Source of the DNA: Dimorphilus gyrociliatus
Lineage: Eukaryota; Animalia; Annelida
Reading direction: 5' to 3'
Length of the DNA stretch: 64,000 nt
Assembly: GCA_904063045.1 (NCBI GenBank)
Contig: CAJFCJ010000009.1
Location: 2,604,968-2,668,967, forward strand
In this document: positions 49,801-61,178 of the stretch, in pieces
Numbering within the stretch: the first letter of the stretch is position 1
Layout: every line of letters begins with the position of its first letter
Position numbers and translations under genes: made by a program
Notes under the pieces: generated by a model
Database searches by the model: none
What the model was told of the DNA's origin: nothing
The model's input: the letters and a program-made list of their open reading frames with translations, nothing else

Positions 49801-52800
49801 TATTTAAATTGTAATAATTACTTCCGGCATGATTAACAGTAGAGACGCTATTGGCTCCTTACTTTTAAAATTATTATTTTGAGCGTCTAGTAACTTCTGT
49901 AAAGTGTCTTTCTCCTGATAAACGAAAAAGGATATCAGTAAGTATACTCGAATTATTCAAGATCATTTACAATATTGCTTTGATTGTGCAGGAGATTTCT
50001 ACATTCTTCGTCTTGTTGCTTTTGCAAATTGGCAACAAGAATAACTTTTGCTTCTTCCTGATTCTTAGAAACACCCAAGTAGGCCGCAGCAGCTTTCTAA
50101 GAAACAACCAATAAACTTTATCTAATTGAAAAGATAAGGAAAAGAACCAAAGAGAAACTAACTACCAACCTCAAGAACAATATCTGGATTACCTTCTTCT
50201 TTTGATATAATTTCATCCCAGGTGTGTGTAAGTATATCAACTAAATTACGAAACTCCTTCTCTTTTATAGGATTAATACCTCTGTTCGTGACATTTTCAA
50301 GAAGATCTATCAGGAAATTTCGCTCCTTTTCATGCTTCGTTTCTAGTCCACGTATTAAAGCGTCATGGGAATCAGGAGTTATTTCTTCCAGTTCTTGTCC
50401 TTGAATTTTCCTCTTTCTCCTTGCCTCTAATCGGGCTTTAGCAATTTCCATCTGCCTTTTCTTTTCCTTATCTAAGTTCTTTGTAAGAGACTCAGATTGC
50501 GTGAGGAGACGAGATGCTGTAAAGTACATGTCATTTCTTCTAGCCAGCCTTTCTTCGTGCCGTAATCTAGCAAGTTCCAATTGAAGTTTTCTGTCTGCAT
50601 CTTCTTTGTCTTTCATTTTACCTAAAAGAGCCAGCAGTTCGGCTTTTTCCTAAGAAAAGTATTAAAAAAGACAGGATTAAAAACAATTCTTTATACAAAT
50701 GATCTGTGGCTGACCTTCTCATAATCATTTTTAAGATCTTCAAGGACATTCTTTCTTTTCTTGCTTCTTTCGTCATTTCCAGATGTTCCTTTTTGAATTA
50801 ATTCATTAACTTTTGAGTCATTTGCTTTAAGTTCCAGAAGTATCTTATTTTTTTCCTCCTTTGATAAACTATCAAACTTAGAATCGTTTTCCGAAAGAAT
50901 ATCTAAAAGAACAGTATCTCTCAAAGCGTCATATTTGTCCTTCAGGGCATCTACGACAGTCTCATTATTCGATTCTTGGGGCGATGAACTTTCAGCTGAG
51001 CAAATGATCTGTTCCAGATTAGGTACATTATCGTTTTGGATACAAAAGCTATATTTTAATTGCTCTTGCATAGCGTCTTTATCATTATCTAAAGCTAAAG
51101 TATCCATGAGAACGTTCATTTCCTGGTTTTGTTTCTGCTCTAAATCGAGAAGTAATGATGCTAGGATATCCTGTAAGGAACTTTCCTGATTAGATCTTCG
51201 TAAAGAAGCCATTCTGTTAGCCCTTTTTAAAAATGCTGCCCTATTTAAAAGATCTAATCGAGACTGTGTACTCTCCGGAGGCAAATTCCTCAAGTTTTTA
51301 TATAATTCATCCAATTGATTAGTCCTTTGTTCGCTGGACATGCTTTCTGCCATTCGATCATTTTCATCCCTACTAACCATCTCAACGAGTAATTGCCTCT
51401 CCTGTTCAAACATTTGATCAGCTAATTTTAGTATTGTGTCTTTCATAGTCCTTCTATCATTATCTATTTCAGGGCATGGGATTTTCCCGACTTTCTTAGC
51501 CTTGAGAGCCGCCAATCTTTTAAGTGCAAGTTCTTTTTGTCTTTCTCTTTCGCTTTGCTGCCTATGAAAATGAGTTTATTTAATAAAATTCTATTTCTAA
51601 ATCTCATCTAAGAGAGAGAGAGAGAGTCTTACTTTTTCATTAAAGAATTTTCATAATCAGAAGTTGTAGAGAGCAACAGTAGAGCATCGTCTAAGCGCTC
51701 TTGAGACTTAATCTGACGTTGTTGGCGTTTTAATCTCATAAGGAGTGCTTGACGTTCCCTTTCTGACATGTACTTTCGATTGAATCCTTGTTAAAGAAAG
51801 AAACAATTATTACAATGAATGGTAAAGAAAACTTATGATCAACCACCTCTTAACCTATCTAATAGAAGACGTCTCTCTTCTTCGAAATCTTTCTTCAGCT
51901 TATCTCGAACATCTTGAGGACAGCCGTCATCCAAAAGGGCTTCCAGAGCTGCTTGCCTATCATCCAAAGCCTGAAGAATAGAATCATCGGAGAGTTCTCC
52001 AACATATTTTGTTAAAACGTCGAGTATATTGTGAACATTTTGATCATTCCTGCTATCAATTTCTCTTCCTCTTTTATACATCAAATCATTCTGATCTTGG
52101 TTTGCTAATGTTCTCATTGCACTGCTTAACTCTTTATATTGAGCAGCCTGTACGTCAGCCACAATACCATAAGCTATTTCCTCATGTGAACTTTGCACGT
52201 GGTCCTCTTCATCTAATTTGCAAGCTATTCTTATGGCAGCTGCCTCTTCTATTAGTTCCATACGCTGGTCAAGATCATCATTTACAACGTTTCTCTTAAA
52301 GCTTAATTCGCTTAGACGCTTTGTTCGTTCAATATCCCCCATTTTCAATGCTGCGTCAACCAAAGAATCCATAGACGGATCCTGTAAGACATAGAGAATA
52401 ACCTCTATTTCTTCTCTATGTTTTTTACTCATCTCGATTAGAAATGCTCTCCGCCAAGAGTTAAGATCGTTATCAATATTTCCACCTTCATCCTTTTCCC
52501 TAGACCATATTTGACCCTGTTCGAGACGTTTCTGTCGAAGTTTATACCTCAATTTTGCCAGAAGTAATTGTCTCGCATCATCTTCGGGATCGGAATCACA
52601 GAAGACACGTTCAACTAGTCCTACACTTAGAGCTGATACACCAGTATCACTTTCTTTTATAGCTCGCCAAGCCTCGTGCCTAATAGCAACGAGAAGAACG
52701 TCATTCAGACCATTCTTTCGTAAAGTATTCAGAACTGCTTCCTTCTCAATTCTCATTCGAACTGTTAAGTCATAAAGGATATTTGAGGAATCAAGTAAAG

Positions 52801-54965
52801 CTCCTTCCCTAACAGGCCCCATGTAGAAATTTAAATCGGATAATTTTGAACCAAGTTTACCCATGAGCGGGGAAAATCCATCGGGTTCTCCCCTTTCCCG
52901 AGCGACGGCTTCTTCCTTGGCTCGTTTTAATCTCAAATTTTTTTTTTCGTCTTGAGATAATCTGCCCCAATCGGGTCCGTATTCATATTCGAGACTGTGT
53001 TGAATAGCAACATCTTTCAGGGCAGCATATTTGACCTCTATAGAAACAACGTATGGCTTCTCATCTTCGCTTATGTTGCCTTGATTTAAGAGAACAGCAG
53101 CAATATTATCCATATCATGTTGCTTCAGTTTTTTCTCTTCCTCGATACTTTTTGCTGTAATTAATTAATTAAATATTAATTTAATATTTAAATGACAAGC
53201 AAAAAAACGTACCTTTTAGTTCTTTATCATTAAGATTTCCAAGATTTCTAACAATCTTATCAAGGTCTAAATGCTGCTGCAATTGTAATTCAGTATGCAA
53301 TCTTAAAATTCCAGACTCTCTTGTTAGATCCATAAGATAAAGCTTACAAGCTTCTTGGAAAATTGCAATATGCTTCTTTTTATTCTTAATTCTTAAATCA
53401 TCAGCTGATTCTCTTAAATTTTCACGCTCATTCTGTAAAATAGTCATCTTCTTTTCCCTTTCATTGCTATCTGTTGATGGGATTTTTTCAGGAAGAGATT
53501 TGATAAGAGATAATAATTCTTCATATTCGTTCAAGTGTCGGAGGCTAATCGACTTTATTAAACAACCAATGTAGTCGTCACCCACATGATCTGTACTTTT
53601 GCTAAAATCATCATTCATTTTGATTTTAGCTAATCTCTCCTGTCTTAGGTAATCTGCTTCAAAGAAAGATGAAACTGGTAATTGGTTCCTCTCAAGTAGA
53701 CCTACACTAAGAGCGCATGTTTCCGGATGATCGAATCGCCTAAGAGAGGTTATTTGGGCTGCCAAGCGACCATGACTTTCTGTTAACAGATTCGGTGACA
53801 TAGAAAGAAGTAGCTTGCGCTCCTTTTCTTGTCTCTCCTCTAGTATCACTAAAGCATCTCCACATTTCATTCTGGAATCTAAGGATTCTTCAAAAAGTCT
53901 TTTCAGAGTTTGCTCTATTTCAACTTCTTTTGTTCCACTCTTTTTCATGTCACGTCGCCTTATGTTTAAGGACCGTTGATCAGCAGTGAGCTCTTCTCCA
54001 AGCTTTCCCAACAGGGCATCAAAGTTTCTCAAGAGTATGTGAGATCCTGGAATAGCATGGCTGGATGAAGCTAGTTGTTTCTTTCTTCTCAATTGTTTCT
54101 CAGTTGTAGATATTTTCCGTAGAACTGCTTTTTGCTGTGATGGAGTTGAGCCTATCCATAATCCAGAGCCCATATCACCTTCTGCCATTAAAATAATAAC
54201 TCTCTCTCTTAAAATGTCATATTTCAGGTTAAGAAGGTCGAATACGACTGAAATGCCTCTCTTCAATGGTTGAGCAATATCCTCAGTTATATCATCAATA
54301 CCATCATCATCAAAGAGTCCAGAAACTCCATTTTTTTCCCAATTTCCCAATTTTCGTCTAGCCAATCGATTACTCTTCTTCTCATTCCAATCTCTATCTG
54401 CCAGAAGTTCTTCGTCCGTTTTCTGAATTAACTTAGCTATCTCACTGTCGAGTGCCATTTCGAAATCCTCTGCTAATCTAGCCAATTCCTCCTCTGCAGT
54501 ATCCGGTTCGTCTTCATCTTTATTAGGTCTTTCGAAAGGATGATCGCAAAGCCACATTCGCATTTCGTCATACGATACAGGAACAGTAGTTCCCAGGTCT
54601 CCCCTACTGTCAATAAATTGATGCCAGAAATCTATAAGGAATTCGTTACCATGTGTGATCTGAAAGAGGAGTAGAGCCTCCGATACAGAAATTCTTGACG
54701 AACCAAACTTATCAAGACCAATAAAATCCCATTGGGCCTTATCTTCGACATCCTTCCTCCTCGACAATTCTTGTAGAACCTGAGAAAATTTACTTTTAAC
54801 AACCTTCCCATTAGGTCCAACTACCCATTCAATAGATTTAACAACATGCTTAAAATTCACACTGCAAATATGGGCTCTTTCAAAGAATTCTTTGACTTGT
54901 TCAGCCGTAAGGAAGCCTTTACGACTGGCGTCAAGAATATCGAACATCTCTTCTAGTGTTTTCAT
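46856..54965 (-). CDS. Giant (about 2,300-2,400 aa, about 15 exons) protein with an N-terminal degenerate EF-hand module followed by five helical super-repeats (trichohyalin-like composition)
   Basis: ORFs 53181-54965, 51839-53113, 50691-51515, 50158-50616, 49519-49737, 49148-49474, 48705-49214, 47961-48260 and 47011-47688 are linked by short introns. The junctions I checked are in-frame GT-AG. EF-like loops DASRKGFLTAEQ and DKFGSSRISVSE. The last exon ends ..SLPAEDN* at 46856. Confidence 0.85.
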
Positions 54966-55759
54966 ATCGTTTCACTCTTCTGCAGCCCCCGCTCACAAAA
55001 AGACTACAGCAAATCAACAATTTAAACCCTCTTCCTGCTCCTATAAGACCATTTACTTAAACAAAGCAACGTAAGCACAGCAAAATATCGCTGCTGAGAA
55101 ATAAATACAAAAAAAAGGACAAAGTATTTGCGTAGCCAATCGGATCAATAGTTTTATTGAACAGTTGCTACAACTTGCAAAATAAATCAACTTTAATACG
55201 GTAGAGGGCATTGTATACAGAAACTTAACGTTTAAGATCTAATATCCACAATCTCTTAAAAAAGACAATATGCAAATTAAATATACTTTTAATAATCTCG
55301 AAAACAAAATAGACAATATTTTCTCTAAGCTAATCAAACTCTGATAAAAGAAGAATAAAGCATTGTAATTTAGGCCTAGTATTAGTTGTATTCATGAATA
55401 TAATATATATATATATAGTATATATATTAGTATATATTAATCTATATTTAATGAGAGTATTTATAACCCACCCCTCTGCCATCACCAACCTCCCACCTAA
55501 TAAAAATAGTAGATACTGTTCAAACTTTCCATTCTATTGAGTAACGTTCATAAGCCTTCTTTTTTGAACTTTTCATTTTTTACCAAGAAATTATAAGAGA
55601 CTGATTAAAAAGTTTTTAACAAATAAATATTTCACATTTTTGTGTCTTATTTATGGAAATTTCGTATTTTTTCTCCTTCTATTCGCAAAAAGACGACAAA
55701 GTTCGAAGATAGGAAGGGAAGAGGAAGGGTAAAGGAACCAAAAATTAAGGAATAATGTC

Positions 55760-56189
55760 ATGGCTCTAACATACGAGAATGATGCGATAACGGATATTAA
55801 TTTAACGGATAATTTTGAGCAAGGTCCTGAACCTATTACTAAAGAATCAACAGAAGTTATTCAAGGGGAAGTTGTTAAGTGTTACGCTGATAAAATATCC
55901 TTCCAACCGGTTTGTAAAAATAACCTTCTTATTTTCTCTAATTACAAGACATGTCCTAGTTCAAGATTTTCACACTGTAATACTTAGTACAAAAGTAGGT
56001 TAAGTTTTTAATTTTTTAAAGCTGTCTACTTATTTTTTTAACCTTTAAAAATAACTTTTTCTTATTTCCGTTTCTCTGCTTTTTTTTCTTTTACAGTCAA
56101 ACGTTCATAAGAGAGAAATGGAGAAACAAGTTGAAATTAGAAGAAATTCGAATTCTAGAAGAGATCTGTCTTGTTGTATTATTCTTTAA
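55760..56189 (+). CDS. Putative ~80-aa microprotein ending in a CaaX box (..RRDLSCCIIL*), exons 55760-55909 and 56097-56189
   Basis: ATG ORF with a phase-0 donor GTTTGT at 55910 and a strong polypyrimidine acceptor (TTTTTTTCTTTTACAG) at 56096. The spliced frame ends CCIIL-stop. An alternative middle exon at 55949-55994 gives the same C-terminus. Confidence 0.55.
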
Positions 56190-56492
56190 CAAGAAAATTG
56201 TTTTTAAAACATTTTTTGTTTAGTTACTATGGAGATAGATATAGATAAAGTTTTTTTAATACATAAGAGATTTTATGAAATATATGCTATAGAAACTCTA
56301 TCCTAAACTTGATTAAGCAGTAATAGGTGGATATTTAAGTTAATTAGGTCCGAGTTTTGTGTTTTTACTTGACGTATATAGTTTGATTTTTTTTTTAATA
56401 TAAAAGAATACATTTAAACTTCTGCATAAATGGAAAAAATAAAACCGGTAAATTATTCGAGTTTGTTTTAATGACCCAAATTAACCGGTTAC

Positions 56493-56506
56493 CTTGCTAT
56501 GACAAC
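56493..56506. promoter_or_regulatory. RFX X-box-like element CTTGCTATGACAAC upstream of TEKT4
   Basis: The reverse strand GTTGTCATAGCAAG matches GTTGYCATRGCAAC at 13/14. Further half-sites (TGGTAAC, TAGCGAC) lie within 40 bp. Confidence 0.55.
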
Positions 56507-56620
56507 AATCATATCCTGGTAACGAGCGCCTTAGCGACAAGCGTCGGCGATAGTGTTTCTCGTTCTTAAGCGATTGAAAGTGTGTCTAATTTTTTATTTA
56601 GAAGAAAACCAGTGCTAGAT

Positions 56621-57970
56621 ATGGCAACTGCATCAATAAATCCGGCTCTGGCTGCTTCTGAAGCCTTACCTAACAAACCAAATGGTGTTAGAGATTTCGA
56701 CGTTTGCTATTCTGGAAACGTCGGTAACGACATGGGTATTTCTACTATGGGCTACCGATCCCAAAAGTACAATCCACCAGAGTGGCATGAGCACAACTAT
56801 TCAAAATATTACCAATCTTTTGCTAATCTACATAATGCTGAGAATACCAGACACGAAGGTAATAGGACAATTAAGGAAACTGATGCCCAAACAGTAAATA
56901 CCCAAAATGACGTTACCAAGAAGTTAGCGGAACGTAGTAAGGATATAAACTTTTGGAAAACTGAGCTGGAGAGGGAAATATCCGACTTGATCTCCGAAAC
57001 CGACATGTTGGTCGACCAGAGGAAAAGATTGGAACTTGCTTTAAGATCGACTGAAATCCCTCTACACATTTCAACGGATAATTTAAATTGCCGAGCTCGT
57101 AGACAAGGTATCGACCTTGTTCAAGATCCAGTTGAGTTAAACTTATTGAAGGAAGTGGAGGTTATCAATAACGTACAAGATTTATTGAAAAGGACCATAA
57201 AGGAAACTGACGAGCAGATAAAGCGTAATCGAGACCGTAAAAGAGAGTTAGAAATGGATTGGAGCGATAAGAAAGAAGCTTTCGAAATTGATACAGCAAT
57301 GGCTTGCTTGAGAAATGAACATACAAATAAGCAATTTTACGCTGGTTCCGCCCAATTCCAAGCGGTTCAGTCGACACCCGAAAGCTGGGCTCAGTTCACA
57401 CACGACAATATAACTAGGGCAGAGCACGAAAGAATGGCTTCAATCCAGCTGAGATCACTTGTCGACAATGTCTTACAAGATACGTCTCGCGATATGCGTG
57501 AACAAGCCGACGCAGTAGATGTCTCATTCAAGAGAAGAACGGATGAGGTTCACGATGCCCTGCATAAACTACAAGATAACCTTAAAAAAGTATCTGACGA
57601 TATTGTAAGACAACAAAACAAGATAGCCGATCTTAAAAAGAAGATTAAAGAGAAGGAAGATCCTATGAAGGTTGCCCAAACCAGACTTCATAGTAGGGAA
57701 TATAGGCCTGGAGTTGAATTGTGTAGAGATCCCGTTCAGTACGCTCTCGTAAACGAAGTTCACGAGATCGCTGGCTCTGTTGATGCTCTAATGCAACGCT
57801 TAAACGATGCCGAAAATGGTCTAAAAGATCTTCAAGATAACAGGATGCTTCTAGAGAAGGAAATTTCTATCAAGAAAAACACTCTCTTTATCGATAGAGA
57901 GAAATGTATGACCACCCGTACAAGATATCCATCTACATTGCAGCTCCAAGGATACCAAGGACCTCGTTAA
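56621..57970 (+). CDS. TEKT4: Tektin-4 (tektin A type) axonemal filament protein, single coding exon, 449 aa from ATG 56621
   Basis: GYRSQKYNPPEW, WKTELERE, TDNLNCR, EMDWSDKKEA, STPESWAQFTHDNI, the tektin nonapeptide RPGVELCRD and the C-terminus RTRYPSTLQLQGYQ. Confidence 0.92.
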   Translation: MATASINPALAASEALPNKPNGVRDFDVCYSGNVGNDMGISTMGYRSQKYNPPEWHEHNYSKYYQSFANLHNAENTRHEGNRTIKETDAQTVNTQNDVTKKLAERSKDINFWKTELEREISDLISETDMLVDQRKRLELALRSTEIPLHISTDNLNCRARRQGIDLVQDPVELNLLKEVEVINNVQDLLKRTIKETDEQIKRNRDRKRELEMDWSDKKEAFEIDTAMACLRNEHTNKQFYAGSAQFQAVQSTPESWAQFTHDNITRAEHERMASIQLRSLVDNVLQDTSRDMREQADAVDVSFKRRTDEVHDALHKLQDNLKKVSDDIVRQQNKIADLKKKIKEKEDPMKVAQTRLHSREYRPGVELCRDPVQYALVNEVHEIAGSVDALMQRLNDAENGLKDLQDNRMLLEKEISIKKNTLFIDREKCMTTRTRYPSTLQLQGYQGPR

Positions 57971-58168
57971 GAACATCAATTTTAATCACATTGCTGCACC
58001 GGTTTTATTTTTATTCCGTTATAACGTGATCCTTTGAAAAAGAAAACGAACTAAATTTCCAATACAGTATTTTCAACAATCTTGGAATGAAACTATATTT
58101 TTAATTATCCAAAGAATAAAATTTCATTTAAGAAAAAGAGAATTAGTCATTTTTTCTTCATTTATTAT

Positions 58169-60280
58169 TTACATATAGGATTTAGACGCTCTTATAAGCC
58201 TATTTAAACTTTTACTTTGCCTTCTTCTCATTGAACTTTTAATGTTATTGACATGATCATTCAAATTGGATTTAACAACAAAATAGAAGCAAGAAATAAG
58301 AGTTATATAACAAAAAGAAATTAACAATGTAACTGTTAATACAATAATACATTGAGGGCTTAAACGACTACCAAAGAAATCCAAGTCTTTGACCTCTATA
58401 CTTTCCTGAAGGCTTTCATACTGTACTTTCTCTTGAGTTTTTGGTGGTAAAATCCTCCAAACAGCAGTTTTTTCCCTTAGTATCTCTTCACAAGATTTCT
58501 TTCCTGGTATAAAATTACAAGGGCAACGATTACAGTAGGCAATTTCTTTTGTACTCTTTAAGCATTTTGTTTTAAAATAGGATTTAGTCATTCTTTTAAT
58601 ATCTTCCGAAATAATATTAGTATCCATTATTTTTTCTGTACAATTACCCAACTGACCGTCGTTTGGCAGTGAAGAAAGATATCCTCCACTACATATACCT
58701 GAAGAGTATCGAAGTCTTGGAGTAAACTTGTGAAAGTGATTTTTATAGAAATCTCTCAGGAGCCGACTCATATGATTCCTAATATGATCTTGTTTAAAAA
58801 TGTTATAATCCATAAAGCAAGAACGATATCGATACTTAAATCCTGTGTCGCATGTCTGATTGCATTTGGACCATTCACCCCATTCCCCAACTGTACCGTC
58901 TAAGAAACAAGCGCTTGCTTCGCAAGGATCTTCCTCCATTCTAGCCGCTTCGAGTTCAAAATTCTTTAAAGAATCCACTTGAGACATACACCTTCTAGAG
59001 TCTAGACCTTCTTCTTTAGTTCTATTTAATCCGCAGAAACGAGTTCGTATTTTTCTTCTAACAGGACCACACTGTGGTCTACAAGGAGACCAAGGAGACC
59101 AACTGCTCCAAATTGGTCTTCTCTTTTCGCAAAATTCACCGGTATAGCCTTCGTCGCAAATACAAAAACCCACTGAATCTTCTCCTTCAACACAACTTCC
59201 ATGAATGCACATCTTAAATATACAAGAAACCTTTTTCATACGACAGTTATCCTGGGAATCCTTGTATAGTGGATCTTGAACGTGATTGCTATCGCACTCG
59301 CATACGTATTTGTTTGTAAATGGATATTGTATACATTTTCCATAGGGTCCGCAAGCTTTGAATCCTTCACCGTCTGCGTGACTACAAACATCATTTGGGT
59401 AGGTACACGTCTGTCCACCGTTAGAATCCATAGGATCAGCTTTCAGGCCAGAAATACATTCACAATCAAAATTATCTGAAGTCGCTCTTCGTCGAAATCC
59501 TTTGATAAATGGAAGAAAGCAACGAACATTTACTTTGTTGTAATAAGGTTCTATTATTCTACTAGTAATTCTCTTCGAAGTGCATACCCCTAAATCTTTC
59601 TTCCAGACTGACCTTTAAAAGAGAAATATTAACTATAAATAGAGTAGATTGACTTTATGTGTCAATTTTTGTAATTACTTGTCGTCGCATGGACACTCGT
59701 ACTCATATTTATATAGACTAGACATATTTGATTGGCATTTACCAGTTTCTTTAATGTTATGAAGATTGATACAAGGTTGATTCTCGGAGCATATATTCAT
59801 TTGACAATTTGATGAGATACTATTGGTACTACACATTAGCATATAAATCATAAGATCAACGTCTAAGCTAGAAAATCCAAATGATATTGTTTTTAACATA
59901 ATAGACTTTCTATGCCTTTGCAACCATCGTTTTTTAATATTTTCAACAAATTCAACTGTACATTTCGTAGTCGCTTTATCCTTTTGACAAGTTTTATAAT
60001 AATTTGAATGAGTTAAGCCTAAGCCTTTCCAATTTCCGGTATAATTACAACAAAATATTGCATGTGGTTCTGCAAGCTAAACAAATAGAATTAAAATAAT
60101 ATATACATATATACTATATCCGCTTATTTTGAATACCTTAAATCTATTTGGAAGTCCTTTTCTTTTATATTCGTAATATAGGTTATTTTTATAAAGTTCT
60201 AAATTCTTTATTTGATTCTCTGTAAAAATTCCACTGTTTTCCTTTATTTTAAAGAATACTATTAAGAAAATATGCAACAT
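58169..60280 (-). CDS. Type-I membrane protein of about 661 aa: signal peptide, unrecognised Cys-rich N-domain, EGF-like repeats, two TSP1 repeats, TM and basic tail (exons 60280-60137, 60076-59679, 59612-58169)
   Basis: Exon lengths 144/398/1444 nt give one continuous frame. CIHGSCV..CICDEGYTGEFCE, WSSWSPWSPCRPQC and WGEWSKCNQTC. TM IIVLTVTLLISFCYITLISCFYFVV. Confidence 0.8.
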
Positions 60281-60589
60281 GGTTCTTTTTTCTCTTAAAT
60301 TCTTCAGAATGATTTAAGATTTATTCTTGATACAAATGACAAAAGTATTTATTTTATAATATGCATTTAGAACTTTTGCAAAACTGCTGAATTAGATTAT
60401 TAATAGCAAAAATGCTAAATTTACCGTTTAAATATTTAATTATTAAATTATTATTTCGACGAGATTAAGCAAAATAAACAAAGATTATCATGATTATTAT
60501 ATTTGAAATGTTTAAACTTACATTTTAAAAGCGCCAAGTTTAAATGGATAAGAACCATGTTTCGGTCAGCGCCGCCTAGCGTTTGACGC

Positions 60590-60610
60590 ACCGGATATCC
60601 GGTCTTTTCC
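60590..60610 (+). promoter_or_regulatory. 14-bp palindrome ACCGGATATCCGGT abutting a TCT/5'TOP initiator (TCTTTTCC) of RPL27A
   Basis: Sequence read directly, about 55 bp upstream of the ATG. The TCT motif is typical of ribosomal protein genes. Confidence 0.6.
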
Positions 60611-60660
60611 ATTTTCGACTTGATCTGTAGAAAAACGTGTGCGCATAAAATCGTAAAAAT

Positions 60661-61119
60661 ATGCCGACCAAGACCAAGAAGACCCGTAAATTGAGGGGCC
60701 ACGTCAGCCATGGACACGGAAGAGTTGGTAAACACCGTAAGCACCCGGGTGGACGCGGTAATGCCGGCGGTCAACACCACCATAGAATCAACTATGACAA
60801 GTACCATCCTGGTTACTTCGGAAAAGTTGGTATGCGTTACTTTCACAAGACGAATAACAAGTTCTTCTGCCCTACTGTCAACGTCGATAAATTATGGTCC
60901 CTATTGAGCGAACAACACCGCGAAAAATACTTTGGGGAAAAACCCGACAAGGAGACCGCCCCGGTTATCAACGTAGTTAAATCTGGTTTCTTCAAGGTAC
61001 TCGGCAAGGGAAAACTCCCAAGCAAGCCAGTCGTTGTTAAGGCTAGATTCTTCAGCCGAAAAGCCGAAGAAAAAATTAAGAAGGCCGGCGGCATATGTGT
61101 GCTCACTCCATCTAACTAA
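60661..61119 (+). CDS. RPL27A: 60S ribosomal protein L27a (uL15), single exon, 152 aa
   Basis: [53 protein letters not shown]. Confidence 0.98.
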   Translation: MPTKTKKTRKLRGHVSHGHGRVGKHRKHPGGRGNAGGQHHHRINYDKYHPGYFGKVGMRYFHKTNNKFFCPTVNVDKLWSLLSEQHREKYFGEKPDKETAPVINVVKSGFFKVLGKGKLPSKPVVVKARFFSRKAEEKIKKAGGICVLTPSN

Positions 61120-61178
61120 AAGTTGTATTGTTTTAAGAAATACAGTTAAAGAGTGACGGAATTTGTGCATATATATTA

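Noticed and set aside
57704-57730. Tektin nonapeptide reads RPGVELCRD rather than RPNVELCRD
   Set aside because: It is a single substitution within variation I expect among tektins, and not enough to claim anything.
59890-60076. Apparent frameshift in exon 2 of the EGF-TSP1 gene
   Set aside because: Recounting the A-run near 59930 gives a continuous frame (ENIKKRWLQRHRKSIMLK).
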